The position numbers were made by a program, and so were the translations under genes. Positions 15,001-30,000 of a stretch of DNA of 64,000 bases are shown here, piece after piece. Origin of the DNA: Eledone cirrhosa. Taxonomy: Eukaryota. Location: contig OZ024742.1 of NCBI GenBank assembly GCA_964016885.1, positions 341,124,001-341,188,000 on the forward strand, in the 5' to 3' direction. A model generated the notes under the pieces. That model did no database searches. It was given only the letters and a program-made list of their open reading frames with translations, and was not told where the DNA came from. Within the stretch, counting starts at the first letter, position 1, and each line of letters opens with the position of its first letter.

Positions 15001-18000
15001 TTGTCTATAGGTAGTTTAGGAGTGCCTGTCTGTGTGTCTGTGTTTGTCTATAGGTACTTTAGGAGTGCCTGTCAGTGTGTCTGTGTTTGTCTATAGGTAC
15101 TTTAGGAGTGCCTGTCAGTGTGTCTGTGTTTGTCTATAGGTACTTTAGAAGTGCCTGTCTGTGTGTCTGTGTTTGTCTATAGGTACTTTAGGAGTGCCTG
15201 TCAGTGTGTCTGTGTTTGTCTATAGGTACTTTACAAGTGCCTGTCTGCGTGTCTGTGTTTGTCTATAGGTATGTTAGGAGTGCCTGTCTGTGTGTCTGTG
15301 TTTGTCTATAGGTACTTTAGGAGTGCCTTTATGTGTGTCTGTGTTTGTCTATAGGTACTTTAGGAGTGCCTGTCTGTGTGTCTGTGTTTGTCTATAGGTA
15401 CTTTAGGAGTGCTTGTCTGTGTGTCTGTGTTTGTCTATAGGTACTTTAGGAGTGCCTGTCTGTGTGTCTGTGTTTGTCTATAGGTACTTTAGGAGTGCCT
15501 GTCTCTGTGTCTGTGTTTGTCTATAGGTACTTTAGGAGTGCCTGTCTGTGTGTCTGTGTTTGTCTATAGGTACTTTAGGAGTGCCTGTCAGCGTGTCTGT
15601 GTTTGTCTATAGGTACTTTAGGAGTGCCTTTCTGTGTGTCTGTGTTTGTCTATAGGTACTTAAGGAGTGCCTGTCTGTGTGTCTGTGTTTGTCTATAGGT
15701 ACTTTAGGAGTGCCTGTCTGTGTGTCTGTGTTTGTCTATAGGTACTTTAGGAGTGCCTTTCTGTGTGTCTGTGTTTGTCTATAGGTACTTTAGGAGTGCC
15801 TGTCTTTGTGTCTGTTTATGTCTATAGGTACTTTAGGAGTGCCTGTCTGTGTGTCTGTGTTTGACTATAGGTACTTTAGGAGTGCCTGTCAGTGTGTCTG
15901 TGTTTGTCTATAGGTACTTTAGGAGTGCCTGTCTGTGTGTCTGTGTTTGTCTATAGGTACTTTAGGAGTGCCTGTCAGTGTGTCTGTGTTTGTCTATAGG
16001 TACTTTAGGAGTGCCTGTCAGTGTGTCTGTGTTTGTCTATAGGTACTTTAGGAGTGCATGTCTGTGTGTCTGTGTTTGTCTATAGGTACTTTAGGAGTGC
16101 CTGTCAGCGTGTCTGTGTTTGTCTATAGGTACTTTAGGAGTGCCTGTCAGTGTGTCTGTGTTTGTCTATAGGTACTTTAGGAGTGCCTGTCAGTGTGTCT
16201 GTGTTTGTCTATAGGTACTTTAGGAGTGCCTGTCTGTGTGTCTGTGTTTGTCTATAGGTACTTTAGGAGTGCCTGTCAGTGTGTCTGTGTTTGTCTATAG
16301 GTACTTTAGGAGTGCCTGTCAGTGTGTCTGTGTTTGTCTATAGGTACTTTAGGAGTGCATGTCTGTGTGTCTGTGTTTGTCTATAGGTACTTTAGGAGTG
16401 CCTGTCAGCGTGTCTGTGTTTGTCTATAGGTACTTTAGGAGTGCCTGTCAGTGTGTCTGTGTTTGTCTATAGGTACTTTAGGAGTGCCTGTCAGTGTGTC
16501 TGTGTTTGTCTATAGGTACTTTAGGAGTGCATGTCAGTGTGTCTGTGTTTGTCTATAGGTACTTTAGGAGTGCCTGTCAGCGTGTCTGTGTTTGTCTATA
16601 GGTACTTTAGGAGTGCCTGTCAGCGTGTCTGTGTTTGTCTATAGGTACTTTAGGAGTGCCTGTCTGTGTGTCTGTGTTTGTCTATAGGTACTTTAGGAGT
16701 GCCTGTCAGTGTGTCTGTGTTTGTCTATAGGTACTTTAGGAGTGCCTGTCAGTGTGTCTGTGTTTGTCTATAGGTACTTTAGGAGTGCCTTTCTGTGTGT
16801 CTCTGTTTGTCTATAGGTACTTTAGGAGTGCCTGTCAGTGTGTCTGTGTTTGTCTATAGGTACTTTAGGAGTGCCTGTCTGTGTGTCTGTGTTTGTCTAT
16901 AAGTACTTTAGGAGTGCCTGTCAGTGTGTCTGTGTTTGTCTATAGGTACTTTAGGAGTGCCTGTCAGTGTGTCTGTGTTTGTCTATAGATACTTTAGGAG
17001 TGCCTGTCTGTGTATCTGTGTTTGTCTATAGTTACTTTAGAAGTGCCTGTCTGTGTGTCTGTGTTTGTCTATAGGTACTTTAGGAGTGCCTGTCTGTGTG
17101 TCTGTGTTTGTCTATAGGTAATTTAGAAGTGCCTGTCTGTGTGTCTGTGTTTGTCTATAGGTACTTTAGAAGTGCCTGTCTGTGTGTCTGTGTTTGTCTA
17201 TAGGTACTTTAGGAGTGCCTGTCAGTGTGTCTGTGTTTGTCTATAGGTACTTTACAAGTGCCTGTCTGCGTGTCTGTGTTTGTCTATAGGTACTTTAGGA
17301 GTGCCTGTCTGTGTCTCTGTGTTTGTCTATAGGTACTTTAGGAGTGCCTTTCTGTGTGTCTCTGTTTGTCTATAGGTATGCTAGGAGTGCCTGTCTGTGT
17401 GTCTGTGTTTGTCTATAGGTACTTTAGGAGTGCCTTTCTGTGTGTCTGTGTTTGTCTATAGGTACTTTAGGAGTGCCTGTCTGTGTGTCTGTGTTTGTCT
17501 ATAGGTACTTTAGGAGTGCTTGTCTGTGTGTCTGTGTTTGTCTATAGGTACTTTAGGAGTGCCTGTCTGTGTGTCTGTGTTTGTCTATAGGTACTTTAGG
17601 AGTGCCTGTCTGTGTGTCTGTGTTTGTCTATAGGTACTTTAGGAGTGCCTGTCTGTGTGTCTGTGTTTGTCTATAGGTACTTTAGGAGTGCCTGTCAGCG
17701 TGTCTGTGTTTGTCTATAGGTACTTTAGGAGTGCCTTTCTGTGTGTCTGTGTTTGTTTATAGGTACTTAAGGAGTGCCTGTCTGTGTGTCTGTGTTTGTC
17801 TATAGGTACTTTAGGAGTGATTGTCTGTGTGTCTGTGTTTGTCTATAGGTACTTTAGGAGTGCCTTTCTGTGTGTCTGTGTTTGTCTATAGGTACTTTAG
17901 GAGTGCCTGTCTTTGTGTCTGTTTATGTCTATAGGTACTTTAGGAGTGCCTGTCTGTGTGTCTGTGTTTGACTATAGGTACTTTAGGAGTGCCTGTCAGT

Positions 18001-21000
18001 GTGTCTGTGTTTGTCTATAGGTACTTTAGGAGTGCCTGTCTGTGTGTCTGTGTTTGTCTATAGGTACTTTAGGAATGCCTGTCTGTGTGTCTGTGTTTGT
18101 CTATAGGTACTTTAGGAGTGCCTGTCTGTGTGTCTGTGTTTGTCTATAGGTACTTTAGGAGTGCCTGTCAGCGTGTCTGTGTTTGTCTATAGGTACTTTA
18201 GGAGTGCCTGTCAGTGTGTCTGTGTTTGTCTATAGGTACTTTAGGAGTGCCTGTCAGTGTGTCTGTGTTTGTCTATAGGTACTTTAGGAGTGCATGTCTG
18301 TGTGTCTGTGTTTGTCTATAGGTACTTTAGGAGTGCCTTTCTGTGTGTCTCTGTTTGTCTATAGGTACTTTAGGAGTGCCTGTCAGTGTGTCTGTGTTTG
18401 TCTATAGGTACTTTAGGAGTGCCTGTCTGTGTGTCTGTGTTTGTCTATAGGTACTTTAGGAGTGCCTGTCAGTGTGTCTGTGTTTGTCTATAGGTACTTT
18501 AGGAGTGCCTGTCAGTGTGTCTGTGTTTGTCTATAGGTACTTTAGGAGTGCCTGTCAGCGTGTCTGTGTTTGTCTATAGGTACTTTAGGAGTGCCTGTCA
18601 GCGTGTCTGTGTTTGTCTATAGGTACTTTAGGAGTGCCTGTCTGTGTGTCTGTGTTTGTCTATAGGTACTTTAGGAGTGCCTGTCTGTGTGTCTGTGTTT
18701 GTCTATAGGTACTTTAGGAGTGCCTGTCAGTGTGTCTGTGTTTGTCTATAGGTACTTTAGGAGTGCCTGTCAGTGTGTCTGTGTTTGTCTATAGGTACTT
18801 TAGGAGTGCCTGTCTGTGTGTCTGTGTTTGTCTATAGGTACTTTAGGAGTGCCTGTCAGTGTGTCTGTGTTCGTCTATAGGTACTTTAGGAGTGCCTGTC
18901 TGTGTGTCTGTGTTTGTCTATAGGTACTTTAGGAGTGCCTGTCTGTGTGTCTGTGTTTGTCTATAGGTACTTTAGGAGTGCCTGTCTGTGTGTCTGTGTT
19001 TGTCTATAGGTACATTAGGAGTGCCTGTCTGTGAGTCTGTGTTTGTCTATAGGTACTTTAGGAGTGCCTGTCTGTGTGTGTTTGTCTATAGGTACTTTAG
19101 GAGTGCCTGTCAGTGTGTCTGTGTTTGTCTATAGGTACTTTAGGAGTGCCTGTCAGTGTGTCTGTGTTTGTCTATATGTACTTTAGGGTGCCTGTCTGTG
19201 TGTCTGTGTTTGTCTATAGGTACTTTAGGAGTGCCTGTCTGTGTGTCTGTGTTTGTCTATAGGTACTTTAGGAGTGCCTGTCAGTGTGTCTGTGTTTGTC
19301 TATAGGTACTTTAGGAGTGCCTGTCTGTGTGTCTGTGTTTGTCTATAGGTACTTTAGGAGTGCCTGTCAGTGTGTCTGTGTTTGTCTATAGGTACTTTAG
19401 GAGTGCCTTTCTGTGTGTCTCTGTTTGTCTATAGGTACTTTAGGAGTGCCTGTCAGTGTGTCTGTGTTTGTCTATACGTACTTTAGGTGTGCCTGTCAGT
19501 GTGTCTGTGTTTGTCTATAGGTACTTTAGGAGTGCCTGTCAGCGTGTCTGTGTTTGTCTATAGGTACTTTAGGAGTGCCTGTCTGTGTGTCTGTGTTTGT
19601 CTACAGGTACTTTAGAAGTGCCTGTCAGTGTGTCTGTGTTTGTCTATAGGTACTTTAGGAGTGCCTGTCTGTGTGACTGTGTTTGTCTATAGGTACTTTA
19701 GGAGTGCCTCTCAGTGTGTCTGTGTTTGTCTATACGTACTTTAGGTGTGCCTGTCAGTGTGTCTGTGTTTGTCTATAGGTACTTTAGGAGTGCCTTTCTG
19801 TGTGTCTCTGTTTGTCTATAGGTACGTTAGGAGTGCCTGTCTGTGTGTCTGTGTTTGTCTATAGGTACATTAGGAGTGCCTGTCTGTGAGTCTGTGTTTG
19901 TCTATAGGTACTTTAGGAGTGCCTGTCTGTGTGTCTGTGTTTGTCTATAGGTACTTTAGGAGTGCCTGTCAGTGTGTCTGTGTTTGTCTATAGGTACTTT
20001 AGGAGTGCCTGTCTGTGTGTCTGTGTTTGTCTATAGGTACATTAGGACTGCCTGTCTGTGAGTCTGTGTTTGTCTATAGGTACTTTAGGAGTGCCTGTCT
20101 GTGTGTGTTTGTCTATAGGTACTTTAGGAGTGCCTGTCAGTGTGTCTGTGTTTGTCTATAGGTACTTTAGGAGTGCCTGTCTGTGTGTCTGTGTTTGTCT
20201 ATAGGTACATTAGGACTGCCTGTCTGTGAGTCTGTGTTTGTCTATAGGTACTTTAGGAGTGCCTGTCTGTGTGTGTTTGTCTATAGGTACTTTAGGAGTG
20301 CCTGTCAGTGTGTCTGTGTTTGTCTATAGGTACTTTAGGGTGCCTGTCTCTGTGTCTGTGTTTGTCTATAGGTACTTTAGGAGTGCCTGTCAGCGTGTCT
20401 GTGTTTGTCTATAGGTACTTTAGGAGTGCCTGTCAGTGTGTCTGTGTTTGTCTATAGGTACTTTAGGAGTGCCTTTCTGTGTGTCTCTGTTTGTCTATAG
20501 GTACTTTAGGAGTGCCTGTCAGTGTGTCTGTGTTTGTCTATAGGTACTTTAGGAGTGCCTGTCAGTGTGTCTGTGTTTGTCTATAGGTACTTTAGGAGTG
20601 TCTGTCAGCGTGTCTGTGTTTGTCTAGAGGTACTTTAGGAGTGCCTGTCAGCGTTTCTGTGTTTGTCTATAGGTACTTTAGGAGTGCCTGTCTGTGTGTC
20701 TGTGTTTGTCTATAGGTACTTTAGGAGTGCCTGTCAGTGTGTCTGTGTTTGTCTATAGGTACTTTAGGAGTGCCTGTCTGTGTGTCTGTGTTTGTCTATA
20801 GGTACTTTAGGAGTGCCTGTCAGTGTGTCTGTGTTTGTCTCTACGTACTTTAGGTGTGCCTGTCAGTGTGTCTGTGTTTGTCTATAGGTACTTTAGGAGT
20901 GCCTTTCTGTGTGTCTCTGTTTGTCTATAGGTACTTTAGGAGTGCCTGTCAGTGTGTCTGTGTTTGTCTATAGGTACTTTAGGAGTGCCTGTCTGTGTGT

Positions 21001-24000
21001 CTGTGTTTGTCTATAGGTACTTTAGGAGTGCCTGTCAGTGTGTCTGTGTTTGTCTATAGGTACTTTAGGAGTGCCTGTCTGTGTGTCTGTGTTTGTCTAT
21101 AGGTACTTTAGGAGTGCCTGTCTGTGTGTCTGTGTTTGTCTATAGGTACTTTAGGAGTGCCTGTCTGTGTGTCTGTGTTTGTCTATAGGTACATTAGGAG
21201 TGCCTGTCTGTGAGTCTGTGTTTGTCTATAGGTACTTTAGGAGTGCCTGTCTGTGTGTGTTTGTCTATAGGTACTTTAGGAGTGCCTGTCAGTGTGTCTG
21301 TGTTTGTCTATAGGTACTTTAGGAGTGCCTGTCAGTGTGTCTGTGTTTGTCTATAGGTACTTTAGGGTGCCTGTCTGTGTGTCTGTGTTTGTCTATAGGT
21401 ACTTTATGAGTGCCTGTCTGTGTGTCTGCGTTTGTCTATAGGTACTTTAGGAGTACCTGTCAGTGTGTCTGTGTTTGTCTATAGGTACTTTAGGAGTGCC
21501 TGTCTGTGTGTCTGTGTTTGTCTATAGGTACTTTAGGAGTGCCTGTCAGTGTGTCTGTGTTTGTCTATAGGTACTTTAGAAGTGCCTTTCTGTGTGTCTC
21601 TGTTTGTCTATAGGTACTTTAGGAGTGCCTGTCAGTGTGTCTGTGTTTGTCTATAGGTACTTTAGGAGTGCCTGTCTGTGTGTCTGTGTTTGTCTATAGG
21701 TACTTTAGGAGTGCCTGTCTGTGTGTCTGTGTTTGTCTATAGGTACTTTAGGAGTGCCTGTCAGTGTGTCTGTGTTTGTCTATAGGTACTTTAGGAGTGC
21801 CTGTCTGTGTGTCTGTGTTTGTCTATAGGTACTTTAGGAGTGCCTGTCAGTGTGTCTGTGTTTGTCTATACGTACTTTAGGTGTGCCTGTCAGTGTGTCT
21901 GTGTTTGTCTATAGGTACTTTATGAGTGCCTTTCTGTGTGTCTCTGTTTGTCTATAGGTACTTTAGGAGTGCCTGTCAGTGTGTCTGTGTTTGTCTATAG
22001 GTACTTTAGGAGTGCCTGTCTGTGTGTCTGTGTTTGTCTATAGGTACTTTAGGAGTGCCTGTCAGTGTGTCTGTGTTTGTCAATAAGTACTTTAGGAGTG
22101 CCTGTCTGTGTGTCTGTGTTTGTCTATAGGTACTTTAGGAGTGCCTGTCTGTGTGTCTGTGTTTGTCTATAGGTACTTTATGAGTGCCTGTCTGTGTGTC
22201 TGTGTTTGTCTATAGGTACATTAGGAGTGCCTGTCTGTGAGTCTGTGTTTGTCTATAGGTACTTTAGGAATGCCTGTCTGTGTGTGTTTGTCTATAGGTA
22301 CTTTAGGAGTGCCTGTCAGTGTGTCTGTGTTTGTCTATAGGTACTTTAGGAGTGCCTGTCAGTGTGTCTGTGTTTGTCTATAGGTACTTTAGGGTGCCTG
22401 TCTGTGTGTCTGTGTTTGTCTATAGGTACTTTAGGAGTACCTGTCTGTGTGTCTGTGTTTGTCTATAGGTACTTTAGGAGTGCCTGTCAGTGTGTCTGTG
22501 TTTGTCTATAGGTACTTTAGGAGTGCCTGTCTGTGTGTCTGTGTTTGTCTATAAGTACTTTAGGAGTGCCTGTCTGTGTGTCTGTGTTTGTCTATAGGTA
22601 CTTTAGGAGTGCCTGTCTGTGTGTCTGTGTTTGTCTATAGGTACTTTAGGAGTGCCTGTCTGTGTGTCTGTGTTTGTCTATAGGTACATTAGGAGTGCCT
22701 GTCTGTGAGTCTGTGTTTGTCTATAGGTACTTTAGGAATGCCTGTCTGTGTGTGTTTGTCTATAGGTACTTTAGGAGTTCCTGTCAGTGTGTCTGTGTTT
22801 GTCTATAGGTACTTTAGGAGTGCCTGTCAGTGTGTCTGTGTTTGTCTATAGGTACTTTAGGGTGCCTGTCTGTGTGTCTGTGTTTGTCTATAGGTACTTT
22901 AGGAGTGCCTGTCAGTGTGTCTGTGTTTGTCTATACGTACTTTAGGTGTGCCTGTCAGTGTGTCTGTGTTTGTCTATAGGTACTTTATGAGTGCCTTTCT
23001 GTGTGTCTCTGTTTGTCTATAGGTACTTTAGGAGTGCCTGTCAGTGTGTCTGTGTTTGTCTATAGGTACTTTAGGAGTGCCTGTCTGTGTGTCTGTGTTT
23101 GTCTATAGGAACTTTAGGAGTGCCTGTCAGTGTGTCTGTGTTTGTCTATAAGTACTTTAGGAGTGCCTGTCTGTGTGTCTGTGTTTGTCTATAGGTACTT
23201 TAGGAGTGCCTGTCTGTGTGTCTGTGTTTGTCTATAGGTACTTTAGGAGTGCCTGTCTGTGTGTCTGTGTTTGTCTATAGGTACATTAGGAGTGCCTGTC
23301 TGTGAGTCTGTGTTTGTCTATAGGTACTTTAGGAATGCCTGTCTGTGTGTGTTTGTCTATAGGTACTTTAGGAGTGCCTGTCAGTGTGTCTGTGTTTGTC
23401 TATAGGTACTTTAGGAGTGCCTGTCAGTGTGTCTGTGTTTGTCTATAGGTACTTTAGGGTGCCTGTCTGTGTGTCTGTGTTTGTCTATAGGTACTTTAGG
23501 AGTACCTGTCTGTGTGTCTGTGTTTGTCTATAGGTACTTTAGGAGTGCCTGTCAGTGTGTCTGTGTTTGTCTATAGGTACTTTAGGGTGCCTGTCTGTGT
23601 GTCTGTGTTTGTCTATAGGTACTTTAGGAGTACCTGTCTGTGTGTCTGTGTTTGTCTATAGGTACTTTAGGAGTACATGTCTGTGTGTCTGTGTTTGTCT
23701 ATAGGTACTTTAGAAGTGCCTGTCAGTGTGTCTGTGTTTGTCTATAGGTACTTTAGGAGTGCCTGTCTGTGTGACTGTGTTTGTCTATAGGTACTTTAGG
23801 AGTGCCTGTCAGTGTGTCTGTGTTTGTCTATACGTACTTTAGGTGTGCCTGTCAGTGTGTCTGTGTTTGTCTATAGGTACTTTAGGAGTGCCTTTCTGTG
23901 TGTCTCTGTTTGTCTATAGGTACGTTAGGAGTGCCTGTCTGTGTGTCTGTGTTTGTCTATAGGTACATTAGGAGTGCCTGTCTGTGAGTCTGTGTTTGTC

Positions 24001-27000
24001 TATAGGTACTTTAGGAATGCCTGTCTGTGTGTGTTTGTCTATAGGTACTTTAGGAGTGCCTGTCTGTGTGTGTATGTCTATAGGTACTTTAGGAGTGCCT
24101 GTAAGTGTGTCTGTGTTTGTCTATAGGTACTTTAGGAGTGCCTGTCTGTGTGTCTGTGTTTGTCTATAGGTACATTAGGACTGCCTGTCTGTGAGTCTGT
24201 GTTTGTCTATAGGTACTTTAGGAGTGCCTGTCTGTGTGTGTTTGTCTATAGGTACTTTAGGAGTGCCTGTCAGTGTGTCTGTGTTTGTCTATAGGTACTT
24301 TAGGGTGCCTGTCTCTGTGTCTGTGTTTGTCTATAGGTACTTTAGGAGTGCCTGTCAGCATGTCTGTGTTTGTCTATAGGTACTTTAGGAGTGCCTGTCA
24401 GTGTGTCTGTGTTTGTCTATAGGTACTTTAGGAGTGCCTTTCTGTGTGTCTCTGTTTGTCTATAGGTACTTTAGGAGTGCCTGTCAGTGTGTCTGTGTTT
24501 GTCTATAGGTACTTTAGGAGTGCCTGTCTGTGTGTCTGTGTTTGTCTATAGGTACTTTAGGAGTGCCTGTCAGTGTGTCTGTGTTTGTCTATAGGTACTT
24601 TAGGAGTGCCTGTCAGCGTGTCTGTGTTTGTCTAGAGGTACTTTAGGAGTGACTGTCAGCGTTTCTGTGTTTGTCTATAGGTACTTTAGGAGTGCCTGTC
24701 TGTGTGTCTGTGTTTGTCTATAGGTACTTTAGGAGTGCCTGTCAGTGTGTCTGTGTTTGTCTATAGGTACTTTAGGAGTGCCTGTCTGTGTGTCTGTGTT
24801 TGTCTATAGGTACTTTAGGAGTGCCTGTCTGTGTGTCTGTGTTTGTCTATAGGTACTTTAGGAGTGCCTGTCTGTGTGTCTGTGTTTGTCTACAGGTACT
24901 TTAGAAGTGCCTGTCAGTGTGTCTGTGTTTGTCTATAGGTACTTTAGGAGTGCCTGTCTGTGTGACTGTGTTTGTCTATAGGTACTTTAGGAGTGCCTGT
25001 CAGTGTGTCTGTGTTTGTCTATACGTACTTTAGGTGTGCCTGTCAGTGTGTCTGTGTTTGTCTATAGGTACTTTAGGAGTGCCTTTCTGTGTGTCTCTGT
25101 TTGTCTATAGGTACGTTAGGAGTGCCTGTCTGTGTGTCTGTGTTTGTCTATAGGTACATTAGGAGTGCCTGTCTGTGAGTCTGTGTTTGTCTATAGGTAC
25201 TTTAGGAGTGCCTGTCTGTGTGTCTGTGTTTGTCTATAGGTACTTTAGGAGTGCCTGTCAGTGTGTCTGTGTTTGTCTATAGGTACTTTAGGAGTGCCTG
25301 TCTGTGTGTCTGTGTTTGTCTATAGGTACATTAGGACTGCCTGTCTGTGAGTCTGTGTTTGTCTATAGGTACTTTAGGAGTGCCTGTCTGTGTGTGTTTG
25401 TCTATAGGTACTTTAGGAGTGCCTGTCAGTGTGTCTGTGTTTGTCTATAGGTACTTTAGGAGTGCCTGTCTGTGTGTCTGTGTTTGTCTATAGGTACATT
25501 AGGACTGCCTGTCTGTGAGTCTGTGTTTGTCTATAGGTACTTTAGGAGTGCCTGTCTGTGTGTGTTTGTCTATAGGTACTTTAGGAGTGCCTGTCAGTGT
25601 GTCTGTGTTTGTCTATAGGTACTTTAGGGTGCCTGTCTCTGTGTCTGTGTTTGTCTATAGGTACTTTAGGAGTGCCTGTCAGCGTGTCTGTGTTTGTCTA
25701 TAGGTACTTTAGGAGTGCCTTTCTGTGTGTCTCTGTTTGTCTATAGGTACTTTAGGAGTGCCTGTCAGTGTGTCTGTGTTTGTCTATAGGTACTTTAGGA
25801 GTGCCTGTCAGTGTGTCTGTGTTTGTCTATAGGTACTTTAGGAGTGTCTGTCAGCGTGTCTGTGTTTGTCTAGAGGTACTTTAGGAGTGCCTGTCAGCGT
25901 TTCTGTGTTTGTCTATAGGTACTTTAGGAGTGCCTGTCTGTGTGTCTGTGTTTGTCTATAGGTACTTTAGGAGTGCCTGTCAGTGTGTCTGTGTTTGTCT
26001 ATAGGTACTTTAGGAGTGCCTGTCTGTGTGTCTGTGTTTGTCTATAGGTACTTTAGGAGTGCCTGTCAGTGTGTCTGTGTTTGTCTCTACGTACTTTAGG
26101 TGTGCCTGTCAGTGTGTCTGTGTTTGTCTATAGGTACTTTAGGAGTGCCTTTCTGTGTGTCTCTGTTTGTCTATAGGTACTTTAGGAGTGCCTGTCAGTG
26201 TGTCTGTGTTTGTCTATAGGTACTTTAGGAGTGCCTGTCTGTGTGTCTGTGTTTGTCTATAGGTACTTTAGGAGTGCCTGTCAGTGTGTCTGTGTTTGTC
26301 TATAGGTACTTTAGGAGTGCCTGTCTGTGTGTCTGTGTTTGTCTATAGGTACTTTAGGAGTGCCTGTCTGTGTGTCTGTGTTTGTCTATAGGTACTTTAG
26401 GAGTGCCTGTCTGTGTGTCTGTGTTTGTCTATAGGTACATTAGGAGTGCCTGTCTGTGAGTCTGTGTTTGTCTATAGGTACTTTAGGAGTGCCTGTCTGT
26501 GTGTGTTTGTCTATAGGTACTTTAGGAGTGCCTGTCAGTGTGTCTGTGTTTGTCTATAGGTACTTTAGGAGTGCCTGTCAGTGTGTCTGTGTTTGTCTAT
26601 AGGTACTTTAGGGTGCCTGTCTGTGTGTCTGTGTTTGTCTATAGGTACTTTATGAGTGCCTGTCTGTGTGTCTGCGTTTGTCTATAGGTACTTTAGGAGT
26701 ACCTGTCAGTGTGTCTGTGTTTGTCTATAGGTACTTTAGGAGTGCCTGTCTGTGTGTCTGTGTTTGTCTATAGGTACTTTAGGAGTGCCTGTCAGTGTGT
26801 CTGTGTTTGTCTATAGGTACTTTAGAAGTGCCTTTCTGTGTGTCTCTGTTTGTCTATAGGTACTTTAGGAGTGCCTGTCAGTGTGTCTGTGTTTGTCTAT
26901 AGGTACTTTAGGAGTGCCTGTCTGTGTGTCTGTGTTTGTCTATAGGTACTTTAGGAGTGCCTGTCTGTGTGTCTGTGTTTGTCTATAGGTACTTTAGGAG

Positions 27001-30000
27001 TGCCTGTCAGTGTGTCTGTGTTTGTCTATAGGTACTTTAGGAGTGCCTGTCTGTGTGTCTGTGTTTGTCTATAGGTACTTTAGGAGTGCCTGTCAGTGTG
27101 TCTGTGTTTGTCTATACGTACTTTAGGTGTGCCTGTCAGTGTGTCTGTGTTTGTCTATAGGTACTTTATGAGTGCCTTTCTGTGTGTCTCTGTTTGTCTA
27201 TAGGTACTTTAGGAGTGCCTGTCAGTGTGTCTGTGTTTGTCTATAGGTACTTTAGGAGTGCCTGTCTGTGTGTCTGTGTTTGTCTATAGGTACTTTAGGA
27301 GTGCCTGTCAGTGTGTCTGTGTTTGTCTATAAGTACTTTAGGAGTGCCTGTCTGTGTGTCTGTGTTTGTCTATAGGTACTTTAGGAGTGCCTGTCTGTGT
27401 GTCTGTGTTTGTCTATAGGTACTTTATGAGTGCCTGTCTGTGTGTCTGTGTTTGTCTATAGGTACATTAGGAGTGCCTGTCTGTGAGTCTGTGTTTGTCT
27501 ATAGGTACTTTAGGAATGCCTGTCTGTGTGTGTTTGTCTATAGGTACTTTAGGAGTGCCTGTCAGTGTGTCTGTGTTTGTCTATAGGTACTTTAGGGTGC
27601 CTGTCTGTGTGTCTGTGTTTGTCTATAGGTACTTTAGGAGTGCCTGTCAGTGTGTCTGTGTTTGTCTATACGTACTTTAGGTGTGCCTGTCAGTGTGTCT
27701 GTGTTTGTCTATAGGTACTTTATGAGTGCCTTTCTGTGTGTCTCTGTTTGTCTATAGGTACTTTAGGAGTGCCTGTCAGTGTGTCTGTGTTTGTCTATAG
27801 GTACTTTAGGAGTGCCTGTCTGTGTGTCTGTGTTTGTCTATAGGAACTTTAGGAGTGCCTGTCAGTGTGTCTGTGTTTGTCTATAAGTACTTTAGGAGTG
27901 CCTGTCTGTGTGTCTGTGTTTGTCTATAGGTACTTTAGGAGTGCCTGTCTGTGTGTCTGTGTTTGTCTATAGGTACTTTAGGAGTGCCTGTCTGTGTGTC
28001 TGTGTTTGTCTATAGGTACATTAGGAGTGCCTGTCTGTGAGTCTGTGTTTGTCTATAGGTACTTTAGGAATGCCTGTCTGTGTGTGTTTGTCTATAGGTA
28101 CTTTAGGAGTACCTGTCTGTGTGTCTGTGTTTGTCTATAGGTACTTTAGGAGTACATGTCTGTGTGTCTGTGTTTGTCTATAGGTACTTTAGAAGTGCCT
28201 GTCAGTGTGTCTGTGTTTGTCTATAGGTACTTTAGGAGTGCCTGTCTGTGTGACTGTGTTTGTCTATAGGTACTTTAGGAGTGCCTGTCAGTGTGTCTGT
28301 GTTTGTCTATACGTACTTTAGGTGTGCCTGTCAGTGTGTCTGTGTTTGTCTATAGGTACTTTAGGAGTGCCTTTCTGTGTGTCTCTGTTTGTCTATAGGT
28401 ACGTTAGGAGTGCCTGTCTGTGTGTCTGTGTTTGTCTATAGGTACATTAGGAGTGCCTGTCTGTGAGTCTGTGTTTGTCTATAGGTACTTTAGGAATGCC
28501 TGTCTGTGTGTGTTTGTCTATAGGTACTTTAGGAGTGCCTGTCTGTGTGTGTATGTCTATAGGTACTTTAGGAGTGCCTGTAAGTGTGTCTGTGTTTGTC
28601 TATAGGTACTTTAGGAGTGCCTGTCTGTGTGTCTGTGTTTGTCTATAGGTACATTAGGACTGCCTGTCTGTGAGTCTGTGTTTGTCTATAGGTACTTTAG
28701 GAGTGCCTGTCTGTGTGTGTTTGTCTATAGGTACTTTAGGAGTGCCTGTCAGTGTGTCTGTGTTTGTCTATAGGTACTTTAGGGTGCCTGTCTCTGTGTC
28801 TGTGTTTGTCTATAGGTACTTTAGGAGTGCCTGTCAGCATGTCTGTGTTTGTCTATAGGTACTTTAGGAGTGCCTGTCAGTGTGTCTGTGTTTGTCTATA
28901 GGTACTTTAGGAGTGCCTTTCTGTGTGTCTCTGTTTGTCTATAGGTACTTTAGGAGTGCCTGTCAGTGTGTCTGTGTTTGTCTATAGGTACTTTAGGAGT
29001 GCCTGTCTGTGTGTCTGTGTTTGTCTATAGGTACTTTAGGAGTGCCTGTCAGTGTGTCTGTGTTTGTCTATAGGTACTTTAGGAGTGCCTGTCAGCGTGT
29101 CTGTGTTTGTCTAGAGGTACTTTAGGAGTGACTGTCAGCGTTTCTGTGTTTGTCTATAGGTACTTTAGGAGTGCCTGTCTGTGTGTCTGTGTTTGTCTAT
29201 AGGTACTTTAGGAGTGCCTGTCAGTGTGTCTGTGTTTGTCTATAGGTACTTTAGGAGTGCCTGTCTGTGTGTCTGTGTTTGTCTATAGGTACTTTAGGAG
29301 TGCCTGTCTGTGTGTCTGTGTTTGTCTATAGGTACTTTAGGAGTGCCTGTCTGTGTGTCTGTGTTTGTCTACAGGTACTTTAGAAGTGCCTGTCAGTGTG
29401 TCTGTGTTTGTCTATAGGTACTTTAGGAGTGCCTGTCTGTGTGACTGTGTTTGTCTATAGGTACTTTAGGAGTGCCTGTCAGTGTGTCTGTGTTTGTCTA
29501 TACGTACTTTAGGTGTGCCTGTCAGTGTGTCTGTGTTTGTCTATAGGTACTTTAGGAGTGCCTTTCTGTGTGTCTCTGTTTGTCTATAGGTACGTTAGGA
29601 GTGCCTGTCTGTGTGTCTGTGTTTGTCTATAGGTACATTAGGAGTGCCTGTCTGTGAGTCTGTGTTTGTCTATAGGTACTTTAGGAGTGCCTGTCTGTGT
29701 GTCTGTGTTTGTCTATAGGTACTTTAGGAGTGCCTGTCAGTGTGTCTGTGTTTGTCTATAGGTACTTTAGGAGTGCCTGTCTGTGTGTCTGTGTTTGTCT
29801 ATAGGTACATTAGGACTGCCTGTCTGTGAGTCTGTGTTTGTCTATAGGTACTTTAGGAGTGCCTGTCTGTGTGTGTTTGTCTATAGGTACTTTAGGAGTG
29901 CCTGTCAGTGTGTCTGTGTTTGTCTATAGGTACTTTAGGAGTGCCTGTCTGTGTGTCTGTGTTTGTCTATAGGTACATTAGGACTGCCTGTCTGTGAGTC